A DNA stretch of 32,415 nt, counting the filler, from Rhizodiscina lignyota (Eukaryota), in assembly GCA_010015805.1 (NCBI GenBank). It is 5 parts of 5 records of this genome, joined end to end, with 100 filler letters (N's around TTAATTAATTAA, not from the genome) between each part and the next. Parts side by side here need not be neighbours in the genome. Positions count along the whole stretch, not along the records: positions 1 to 21,011 come from ML978149.1; 4 more parts are not named here. One strand, 5' to 3'. The notes beneath the pieces were generated by a model. That model searched no databases. It had not been told where the DNA came from and was given only the letters and a program-made list of their open reading frames with translations. A program made the position numbers and the translations under genes. Positions 11,514 to 21,111 of the stretch are shown here, piece by piece; within the stretch, counting starts at the first letter, position 1; every line of letters begins with the position of its first letter.

Positions 11514-12494
11514 CTAATGTAAAACAGGGAAGCATTTCTTGAACGATTCCCGCTCTCCCACCTTTGACCACCACAACTTTATCTTAGCCCCAATTGTGAA
11601 CCCATGATCAGATATTTGAAGGAGCTTCTCTAAAGGCTCGAAATCCGTCACCTGGCTTCCACCCGCACCCCACATTGCATGTGACAACCACGGAATGATA
11701 TGAAGATCCGCCAACGTTAGCTCATCTCCCGCTGCGTACGGAAGGACAAGAAGAGAGTCCAGTTGTTGCAAGCCAGCCGCAAAGTCGCGGAACATTGCAT
11801 CTGACTGTGTGAAAAAGGTCTGATGGTCTTCTCCGACTGGACTGTTATAGAGTTTGTTGACCGCTCCGTTCATGCGAATTCTTGGTTTGTAGAACGCGTC
11901 CAGCTCAGGATTCTCTCCACCATATTTCTCTAATTTGGCTTGTCGATTGCGCAAGAATTCGTTCCACATGCTGCTTTGCTTCTTCTCCATCTCTTCTTTG
12001 TTACGAGCATGCAACAGGATCAAGTTGGTGCCCATTTGATCGGAATGAACGAGACCAATGAGTCTCTGCATGACCTCACGCGTTCGAGTGTCTATTGGAG
12101 TCAATGAAGTCCCCGCCAGTCGCTGGTCGAGATAATTTAGGATCTCCGTCGAATCAACAAGAGGTTTTGGGAGGGACTTTGTCGTCAAGGATGGGATCGT
12201 TCCGTTTGGATTAATCTTCACATAGTCAGGATGGAAGTTCTCTCCGCCAACTAATCACCATTAGCATCTTCAAACTATTCTAAGGCGCACTACTCTTACA
12301 AAGGTCAATTTCTTCAATCTTGTATTCGTCTTCTTTCATGTCCTTCTCTGCAAGACCGAGTAGAGGAACGCCGGCCCATTGAGACGCTGTCGATGAATAC
12401 ACAGTAACCTTTGAATCATTTCCTGTTAGCCCTCAAATAGCCCAACAATGGACATCGCAACTGGCCATGGAAATCCTACCTGATTGTTTGCCAT
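11514..12494 (-). CDS. Glutathione S-transferase family protein
   Basis: Exons 12494-12480, 12408-12300, 12250-11514 with GT-AG introns. GENFHPDYVKINPNGTIPSL...DSTEILNYLD (GST-N) and GDELTLADLHIIPWL (GST-C). Confidence 0.9.
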
Positions 12495-13456
12495 TGTGCT
12501 GTGGTGTTGCGAATAAATCCTTCCCAGCCGGATTCTGTGAACAATATCGTACTAAAGATTCAAGATTTCTCCTTCTACACGACTTAAGGATTCAGTAACA
12601 TTTATATTTTATCATCTCGGACCTCTCCTCATAGCATACAGGTGCTTTGCCCTTCCTTCATCACCCCTGTAATCTGTTAGTCACTAGACTCCCATCCTAT
12701 TCTACTTTGGTATACACATTACGCATAGCTTCCACGACAGAGCCCTTCATCGTGCCAGTTTCTAAAGATATGTCAACAAAATAAAATTAATGTGCTTCCT
12801 CATCCACCTGCATGAGATCTGCAATACAGGATCATGAGGCTGAAACTCTATATTGAGGTCAGAAATTAAGCGGCAGTTGTCTTCGGTGAGGTCCTTGTAT
12901 TGCCAATGAACCAGGGAAAATAAGAATGGATTGGCCCCATTCATGAAGGAAGTTAGTGGAATTAGCTGCCCTGAGAATATCGCGCAAACTAGACATCCTT
13001 TTGGATGACAAAGGGCTCGGCCGCTAGACAAACTGTAATACAAAGAGTGATTATCTCTTACTCCGTGAAGCAATTGAGGCTATCTCTGAAAGTAAATTTG
13101 TATGTTCCTTGGCGTAAAGCAACAACAAATCATCAATAGGTTTATGCGCTTTGACGATCATAGAGGCTACACGCTATTGCTTTCCAATGTTTCGAAAGTG
13201 TGGCAACTTTGCTGTCACCCTCGAGACATGTTCAAGTTTAAAAATCGTATTTGAAAATTGCTGCAACTCCAAAACTCATTCAATCGAGACATTTCCATAG
13301 TATCCGCTCGAAGATATTGATTTCCACATACTATCGAGACAAGCCGCCGCGCAAAAATATATAACCAAAAAAGACCAGAAGAGAATATATAAAGGCCGCC
13401 TTTGTCCCCTGCTCTTAATCAACCCTGACATAACCTTGGAGATGGCGAGACGCGAC

Positions 13457-14596
13457 TTAGAATGCAGTCAAACCAGATGCGCCGTTGTTGACTGGCAGAC
13501 CCTGACCTCGTCCGAAAACTCCCAGATTCCTGAGCGAACCGTCATTTTCCACCGCCCAGCCTTGCACAGCGCCAGTCCCCCGCAAAAGATCATACAGAAA
13601 AGCTCCGTCCGCCGACACCGCAAGATCAACTGGGTTGCTGTCAATGCCGGGATTCGCAGCGACATCCTTGAGGATGCTGACCGCGCCGTTGGGGCTGACA
13701 GTGTAAGAGGCAATCGTGCCACTGACGAAGTTGGCAGTGAAAGCAAACTGCTGCTTGCGTCCAGCAAGTATGACCCAGCAGCCATCAGTCTGCTGATTCT
13801 TTTCGGACTTTGTGATGGGCTTCAGCGCCCCGGTCGAAGTATCAACGTGGTAGGTGGAAACTGCAGCGTTGGTGAAAACAGGAAGGCCAGATTCGACGAC
13901 GAAAAGCGTTCCATCCTCACGGAACTGTGCTCCGAAAGGACGGTTACCTGAAGACGCGCTGATGGTGATAGGGCCGGTTGCTTCGCCATTCCTGTCGATG
14001 TTGAAGAAGTCGATTGTGCTGCCCACTTTGTTTGTGACGATCAAGCCTTTGCCATCGGGGCTGAACTGAATGGTACCTGGGACGCCGATTGGGGTGCTGG
14101 TGGGAATCGTGGTGTTGCCAATCGCAGCGAGCTTGCCATCACGGCCCACCTCATAGCCTCGAATGCCAGTGGTCGCTACCGATCCGTCCAGAACGTAGGC
14201 AAAGCGCTCATTGAGGGTGATGCTCAAGGGCTGATCGCCTCCGTAGATGACTTGGATCCTCTCAAGACAGGAACCGGAGACGGAAAACACGCTAACCCTG
14301 TCGTCCGAGGGACTGATAGCATATAGGAAGCGGTGATCGCGGCTCAATTGTAATCCGCCTTGCGTATCAAAGTCGACTCCTTGACCTTTACCACCAGTAG
14401 AGTATTCCCCAGTCTGCGTGAGCTTGCCAGTGCGGTCTCGTGAGAATGCAATGACCTTGTTATCATCTGGTGCATTAGTCAACGCAAAAGCTGCACCAAC
14501 TTCACCGGAAGGCTTCCTGCAATGTATGTTTACTGCATGAACGACACTGGATGCGAATGCAAGAGCACCAATAATAGCAGTGACTGAAGGTCTCAT
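13457..14596 (-). CDS. Secreted beta-propeller lactonase-family protein (6-phosphogluconolactonase/cycloisomerase-like)
   Basis: Signal peptide MRPSVTAIIGALAFASSVVHA; repeated propeller blades (LSRDHRFLYA, FSPDGKGLIV, VSADGAFLY); intronless 379-aa ORF. Confidence 0.8.
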   Translation of the reverse strand: MRPSVTAIIGALAFASSVVHAVNIHCRKPSGEVGAAFALTNAPDDNKVIAFSRDRTGKLTQTGEYSTGGKGQGVDFDTQGGLQLSRDHRFLYAISPSDDRVSVFSVSGSCLERIQVIYGGDQPLSITLNERFAYVLDGSVATTGIRGYEVGRDGKLAAIGNTTIPTSTPIGVPGTIQFSPDGKGLIVTNKVGSTIDFFNIDRNGEATGPITISASSGNRPFGAQFREDGTLFVVESGLPVFTNAAVSTYHVDTSTGALKPITKSEKNQQTDGCWVILAGRKQQFAFTANFVSGTIASYTVSPNGAVSILKDVAANPGIDSNPVDLAVSADGAFLYDLLRGTGAVQGWAVENDGSLRNLGVFGRGQGLPVNNGASGLTAF

Positions 14597-16092
14597 TGTG
14601 ACTGTATTAACAAAATGATTGAAACGGGTAATGAGTAATGGAGAAATGTATATTATAGAGCGTTCCGTCTAGACAATGGAATTTAGATTAGGATAAAGAC
14701 GTTGGAAAGAAGAATCGACGGCCCAACCTCTATTAAAGGAAAGGAGACGCCCCTGAAGAAGAATTCATGTCTCCAAGAAAGCGTCTACGATTCCAAAGCC
14801 GCCATTGACGCGAGCATTGTGGCTTGTGGAAGGTTGTATACATTGTACGTAAAAATGCTTCTGTCAGCGGGTCCTGGAGAATGCACATTCAATCTTTGAT
14901 GAGGATCATCTGGATCTAGTGAAAGCTACTTCCTCGACTCAAACAAGATTGATTATTTGAGCGATTGACCATTTTGGGCCATCGATACGTTGGTGCTTGT
15001 ATGAATCAGGCGGCAGGTGCCCGGACAGACCCATCGCAGAGTGAAGTGAACAATGAGGTGATCGCCGACCACAATGGCGTGGCATTAATTTTTACGTAGC
15101 TTCAAAGGTTGAGAGCTGGAAGGCATACGGGTGTCGAGGGCCAAAATAGTACCATGGAGGTCTGCCATATTCTCCCCGATAATATACGTTACGTCAAATT
15201 CCTAATCACGAGGCTTGGTCTTCCTTTCTCTTCAAGAATGCTTATATAAGCTTTTTACGACAGTCAGGCTTTGAATTCGGACGCCAATTCTCTCTGGCTA
15301 CACTGCCTTTTACGCATTGACAAAGCTCTGGGCCCTTGCTCTCCCTTCGGATCGACTGTGCAAGTTCATATTCGCTGGGATCACGGGCGGTGCAGTTAAC
15401 ATCCCGAGCAGAGGAGACGAACGCACCGGAACGTGGTCCTCGCGGATGAGCTGAAGGCAACCTAAGTGTAAGGAGGTCGCGGGAGACCAGGAACCGTGTT
15501 CGGGGAAAGGGGACTTTGAAGGAGGTGTGTGTGGTGTTCTGGTCTGGTCGGAACTCGTTCGGCTACTTCCGTTTGGCACCTGTTGGCTTGGCAATGAGGC
15601 AAAGGATTCTTCTGCGCGAGTAAAGGCTGCGAGCTTAATCAAAGGACTCTCATATACCTCAGAATGCAGTTATCGGGTCCAAGAGAAACTCTAAGAACTC
15701 AATTTGCGATAGTATAAGATCTTGCTTGCTTCGGATTACCGCTCGCTTGGACTCCGGACTGGAAGGCAGTTATGTACGCATTGTATTTGCGCGCTTTGGA
15801 TTCTCCCCACAGGTTTTCAATCATGCAAGGAGCCGCATCTCTCTATTTATGATTCAGCTCCATGGATGGCACTCTGGGACGTGACAAAACGTGTGCTGGA
15901 TTCGTTGCTAGACTTCCATTTGGTTGTTGTCGTTCCAATTGCCGACCCCGTCATTTCCTAGATCCAATATGATCTTGCTCCCCAGTAAGCCACAGTATTC
16001 TGTGCTGGACTAAGCTAAATCGTAACTGTAGTTCTCTTCGTGGAAGATATCTCAGACCAAATAAACGGGTTCGGTACTATGAGAAGCGCATC

Positions 16093-16326
16093 GTGACGGA
16101 GAAGCTGCCTTCTGAAAGCAAAGCTGCGGCGGATCCATACATATACAGCGCACTGCCTTCCGCACGACATATTCGTCTCGTCAGTATTTTACCAGGGCCT
16201 CCAGATTCGGCGACATCGCTTCGAAATTCAATACATGACCTATCAGAGTGTCCGCCGTTCGAGGCGCTCTCATACACATGGGGCGATGCCTCAGTCACTG
16301 CTCTCGCCCAATGCCGCATGCGATAG
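16093..16326 (+). pseudogene. HET-domain (HET-6-like) N-terminal fragment
   Basis: YIYSALP..RHIRLVSILPG...PPFEALSYTWGD is the hallmark start of HET domains. The frame stops about 11 codons later; I saw no nearby in-frame ATG or downstream LWIDAICI motif. Confidence 0.7.
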
Positions 16327-16589
16327 CAAGGCTCTACGAAGTTCATCAAGATGAGCGTCCGCAAATTGTCAGGAAAACCTTCGGGAGAAGGTGCTTGCCA
16401 ATGGTCGGCCACGGAACAGCCCGAATCGCCTAGTCAAGCAAGCATGACCATGAAAGAATGCGCCGAGTAGAACGGATGTTTGCAGAACAGACCCAAGTGA
16501 ATATCCACTTCGATTCAAGCACTGCGGAGGGAGCGTAAGGGATCTAAGAAGCTTGGCGCATGAGGATCTAGGGAATTGCAGATGCTGCT

Positions 16590-16983
16590 TTTAGCCTGAA
16601 TGAAATGCAAGTGCTTAGCGGCTGTCATCCACGTTACAATGGCATTAACATCATTAAAGAGGGGTTCCAAGCAATCACAATCTCTTTCTTACACTCTAGA
16701 TTAATCGCCTTATACACATCTTGCATGATGATGTAGTGCAAACCCTCAAACGGGCAGGTCGACAATGTTCCGTTCAAGCGTCGACCCAAAAGCGTCGCAA
16801 CCGTGACCAAACGACGTCTCTATTTCAATCCAATGGACTGGTACTGGCAGTTTTAGATCTTTCATGAGGCGTGGCGGCCCTGTTTTCAACGTCTCCGCGC
16901 CCCAGTACTCCGCCAGTTTGAGCAGGAGTTTCGCCACTTGCAAGGTTCGCGCCAGGTTAATTTCTCCAAACGGCGAAGTGGGG
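16590..16983. promoter_or_regulatory. Putative XlnR site and clustered CreA sites upstream of the acetylxylan esterase
   Basis: GGCTAAA on the minus strand at 16590-16596. SYGGRG matches at 16893-16898, 16900-16905, 16908-16913 (minus) and 16978-16983 (plus). Confidence 0.4.
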
Positions 16984-17287
16984 GCATTTTGTTTCACAGT
17001 CGAACGCTCAAAGCATTCATGCGAGATGAAAATAAGCTTTAATCGAAACCCGTAATAATTGAGACGCCACCGGGAATGAAATCATGGAGAGCTCAATATG
17101 TACGGAGAAAGTCCAGGTCTACCGCAGGATGAATTTGATCGCGACATCTCCGTCTGACCGAACAGTTCAAAGTCACCGAAGAACTTAAATACCTTCTCAT
17201 GTTGCCATAATACTCAAAGACTCAGCTTGTCTCTCTCTCGCATCTCCATCTCAGCCACAAACATTTCCATCTTCCAAGCTCTTCATC

Positions 17288-18172
17288 ATGTTTCACGTCA
17301 AGGCCGCTTGCATTTTTCTTCTCGCACAAACACTCATTGCATCTCCTATTGACTTGGAAGCAAGACAGAGCTGCCCAAACATTCATGTATTTGGCGCTCG
17401 AGAGACGACTGCTCCAGCCGGTTATGGATCTTCTGGCACGGTGGTCAACTTGATCCTCAACGCTCATCCCGGAGCGACCTCCGAAGCCATCAATTACCCG
17501 GCGTGCGGAGGACAGAGCAGCTGCGGCGGTGTTAGTTATGCAAACTCGGTTGTTCAGGGAATCAGTGCTATTACCAGCGCAGTGAATTCGTTCAACAGTC
17601 GTTGTCCGAGTACGCAACTTGTTTTGGTCGGCTACTCACAGGTACGCGTCGAGGAATTTTCTTGCTCAAGAAACACCTGCAGGTTTACAAGGCACTGACA
17701 AACACATGCAGGGCGGTCAAATCACAGATGATGCTCTGTGTGGCGGCGGAGATCCAAACGAGGGATACTCCAGCACGGCCGTCACCTTCTCCGCATCAGC
17801 ATTGAACATGATTAAAGCAGCCATATTCATGGGAGATCCTCGCAATGTCGCTGGACTCTCATACAATGTTGGTACTTGCGCTGCCGGCGGAGTAAGTGTC
17901 CATGTCTTATCCCACTTGCACTTCCATCCCTGGTTTCTGCATTCTCCCATCGGTCTTGCGTCAATGTGAAATGGAATTCCCTTGCTGACCAGTTGCTCCA
18001 GTTTGACGCCCGTCCGGCTGGATTTTCTTGCCCGAATGCCAGCAAGATCAAATCGTACTGCGACTCCTCGGATCCGTACTGCTGTAATGGCAACAATGCT
18101 GCAACTCACCAAGGATACGGCAGCGAGTACGGCCAAGCAGCATTGACCTTCGTCAACAGCAAGCTGTCATAA
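17288..18172 (+). CDS. Secreted acetylxylan esterase, CE5/cutinase family (Axe2-like, no CBM)
   Basis: Signal peptide; CPNIHVFGARETTAPAGYG, GYSQG nucleophile motif across an intron, FMGDPR, YCDSSDPYCC, HQGYG. Exons 17288-17641, 17712-17891, 18002-18172. Confidence 0.93.
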
Positions 18173-19372
18173 CCCTGGACGATCATGGATTAACCAAAGC
18201 CTTCGTCTGCGTGCTCTTTTGATCCCTTATGACTCTTAATGCCCGGAAGCAGGCGAAGGTATGGCGCTCAATCCTGCATGAACATTGGTTTCCCTGTATA
18301 TATCTTGATGTAAATACGAGCTTGCGATCCAACATACATACAAGCATGGATCCATCGGCACAGAGACCTTTTCCAACTGAGGAGGTCTGTTGTTGCAGAG
18401 CCACAGGTTGATCAGCCACTGATCAAACTTGACAATGTAATCCGTCGCTCAACTGATTGATCCCCACTGCGAACAAGCGTGGACTCATTAAATACGTTGT
18501 TTCTATTGTTAGATAGTGATACCAAACGTGCTCTCTTAACCTTTGACACGACTCCGGAAGCTCAGAGGTCCTGCTCTCGCTCACAAATACTTGTGAACTT
18601 GTGCGACCTCGTTGAGACCTCGTTGAGAATATCATCTGTTAGCAGAGTTTTGGAGAAGCTCTAATTTGATTAGACTCGTCACAGCCTATAGGAATTCGGC
18701 CCATATCCAAAGGCTGCTCGATGATGAATAGAGAGGTAAGTGTATCCTCATCTTCCTTCCTTTTGCGGATGATTCATTCTACAGCCCTCGTGCAAGATTG
18801 ACGAAGGAGGAAAAGACCACGAATCAAGCATTCCTCGCACAGCAATAAGGAAAGCGAAGGGCCTTCCATAGATTGATAAAGTTCGTCAAGGTTAACTCTT
18901 CTTGAATCAACGATTTGGCTATTTGACTTTGTGTTGACGGTTCTCGGTGCCAGCTCGTGCGCGATGTGAACGTCGCTCGAATAGCTGTATAAACTTCCGC
19001 AACGTCATGAAATTCCGCGTCGCAATAAATCATCTCAATCCAGTATACTCTATTTGAGTTCATCTCAAATTATTATTGTCCAAAAGAAGCTTTTTCGGCC
19101 GTAGAGCTGTGAAAAGGGAAGATTACTGATCGTGCTGCGGAATAGTGAACATCTTCAACGTCGACGCAGGTTCACGCTCGCAACACAGGCAATTTATGCT
19201 GAGTGATCGTTTCTCCGCATCTGAGATCATTCCAAGGTTATTTGCGCCTTTTTGATACCTCGGTCGTAAGCTCGATTTTCTGCGCTGAAATTACGAAACG
19301 CGTCGTGGAACTCTTCTCGTCCGGCTTTCGAGATATTGAAAGACGACCATTTCACAGACAGAAGGTATCACA

Positions 19373-20245
19373 ATGGCAGAACTTCGTGCAGCAGTTTATA
19401 TTGCACCGCCGATTCTATTTGCTTCGCCCAGCGGTAAAGGCAAAGGCGGCGTCTGGTCGCCGATTTCATGCACTCTTGTTTACGCTGCCAATGAAGCTGT
19501 TCTTGTCGACACACCGATTACCATCAAACAAACCGAAGAGCTGATAAGTTGGATCAAACGAATTGCGCCCGGCCGCAAGCTGTCGTACATCTACATCACG
19601 CACGGACATGGAGACCACTTCTTCGGAATCCCACAGCTGTTAAAAGAGTTCCCAGAGGCGGTGGCTGTTGCAACAGCAGGGACAGTGGCACATATGGAAC
19701 AGCAGATCCAAGAGAAGGAGTATCATGATACATGGGAAGTCCGCTTCCCCGGACAAATCTACCGACCATTCAAGCTTGCCGATCCATTACCGTCGAGGAA
19801 CGAATTTCGCCTTGCGAATCGCTGGCTTTTCCGCGCCATTGAGTGCGGCCACTCAGATACATACTCGTCCACAGCGCTTTGGCAACCCGATCTCAAGCTC
19901 GCCGTCTGCGGTGACGTGGTGTATGGACAGGTGCACCAGATGCTGGGTGAGGCGAACACAAAGACCAAGCGTGAAGAATGGATTCGAGCGGTCGAGAAGA
20001 TCGAAGCACTCGATCCAGCATATGTCGTGCCAGGCCATTGTCAAGCAGAGGAGATCCATGGCGCGTGGCACCTTACGAATACAAAGAAGTATCTTGTCGA
20101 TTTTGGAGAAGTGCTAAAGACTGCGAAAGACCGAAGAGCGGTTATCGAAGGCATGAACAAATTGTATCCTGACCGATTCAATCCTGCTGCGTTGATAATG
20201 AGCGCTGTTCGCGCGTTCGAGGTGCCAAAGAAGGCTAGGATTTAA
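19373..20245 (+). CDS. Metallo-beta-lactamase-fold hydrolase
   Basis: AVLVDT, YITHGHGDHFFG (HxHxDH), GHSD, CGDVVY, VVPGH; intronless 290-aa ORF. Confidence 0.9.
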   Translation: MAELRAAVYIAPPILFASPSGKGKGGVWSPISCTLVYAANEAVLVDTPITIKQTEELISWIKRIAPGRKLSYIYITHGHGDHFFGIPQLLKEFPEAVAVATAGTVAHMEQQIQEKEYHDTWEVRFPGQIYRPFKLADPLPSRNEFRLANRWLFRAIECGHSDTYSSTALWQPDLKLAVCGDVVYGQVHQMLGEANTKTKREEWIRAVEKIEALDPAYVVPGHCQAEEIHGAWHLTNTKKYLVDFGEVLKTAKDRRAVIEGMNKLYPDRFNPAALIMSAVRAFEVPKKARI

Positions 20246-20279
20246 GCTATAAGTAGAAAAGAACTGATAATAAAGCGAC

Positions 20280-21011
20280 AGAGCAAATCTAAAGCGAATT
20301 TAAGTCGATTTAAGAGCGATTTCTAAGTAGCTTAAAAAACTTTTAAAGCTACTTAAGTATTCTACTCTAAAACGTGTTATATTCCCGTAACTTTACCTAC
20401 CTACCCTCCTTATTACTACCCTAGAACGCGTCGCCTTCCTAATTTTACTTACCTACCCCTTATATTATATATATAGATTATATCGCGATTTACTACCCTT
20501 TAGGAACCTATTATAAATCCTTTTCCTCTTTTCTTCCTTTTCCTCCCCCTAAATCTAGGCTTATATAGCCTATATACTATATACCTATCTATACTTAATA
20601 ATAACTACTTTAACTACTATTATACTATTAATTTAATTATACTAATCTTTTTTTTAATCTCTTTTATATTTACTTACTTACTTATTCTTTCTTTTTCTCT
20701 CTCTTTCTTTCTAAGCTTATTATCTCTTAAAAATAATATTTTAAGCTCTTATTAATAAAACTAAGCTATTTAGCTACTAGGACTCTTTTATAAGTATAGA
20801 CTAATACGTATATTCGCTCTAGTTACTATGTAACTACAAGTTGTTTTAGTAGCTAGTATATAGTCCTCCTCCTAAAACTATATATTTAGATCCCTACTAA
20901 AACCTTATATTATCTAAAAGTAACTAAACTAATCTATACTTTTATAACGCTCTTTTTTAACTAGTCTAATAATATTAGCGTACTTAAAGAGTAGTAGTAG
21001 TAGAAAGAGTA
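20280..21011. mobile_element. RIP-degraded repeat of unresolved family
   Basis: Abrupt shift to AT-rich, TpA-rich sequence right after the MBL stop codon; no intact ORF. Confidence 0.6.
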
Positions 21012-21111
21012 NNNNNNNNNNNNNNNNNNNNNNNNNNNNNNNNNNNNNNNNNNNNTTAATTAATTAANNNNNNNNNNNNNNNNNNNNNNNNNNNNNNNNN
21101 NNNNNNNNNNN
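21012..21111. other. Scaffold gap with artificial TTAATTAATTAA linker
   Basis: 44 N + TTAATTAATTAA + 44 N. Confidence 0.97.

Noticed and set aside
13436..13951. 171-aa plus-strand ORF and other short ORFs overlapping real genes
   Set aside because: Antisense or alternate-frame shadows without recognisable motifs.
18423..19100. Short ORFs between the esterase and the MBL gene
   Set aside because: No recognisable domain or convincing exon structure; a decayed gene cannot be excluded.
19373..20245. MBL as the PKS-releasing thioesterase
   Set aside because: MBL thioesterases are known with non-reducing PKSs; this gene is 8 kb away beyond unrelated genes, so there is no support.
21056..21067. 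TTAATTAATTAA palindrome repeated four times within N runs
   Set aside because: Artificial scaffolding linker with stops in all frames; not biological.
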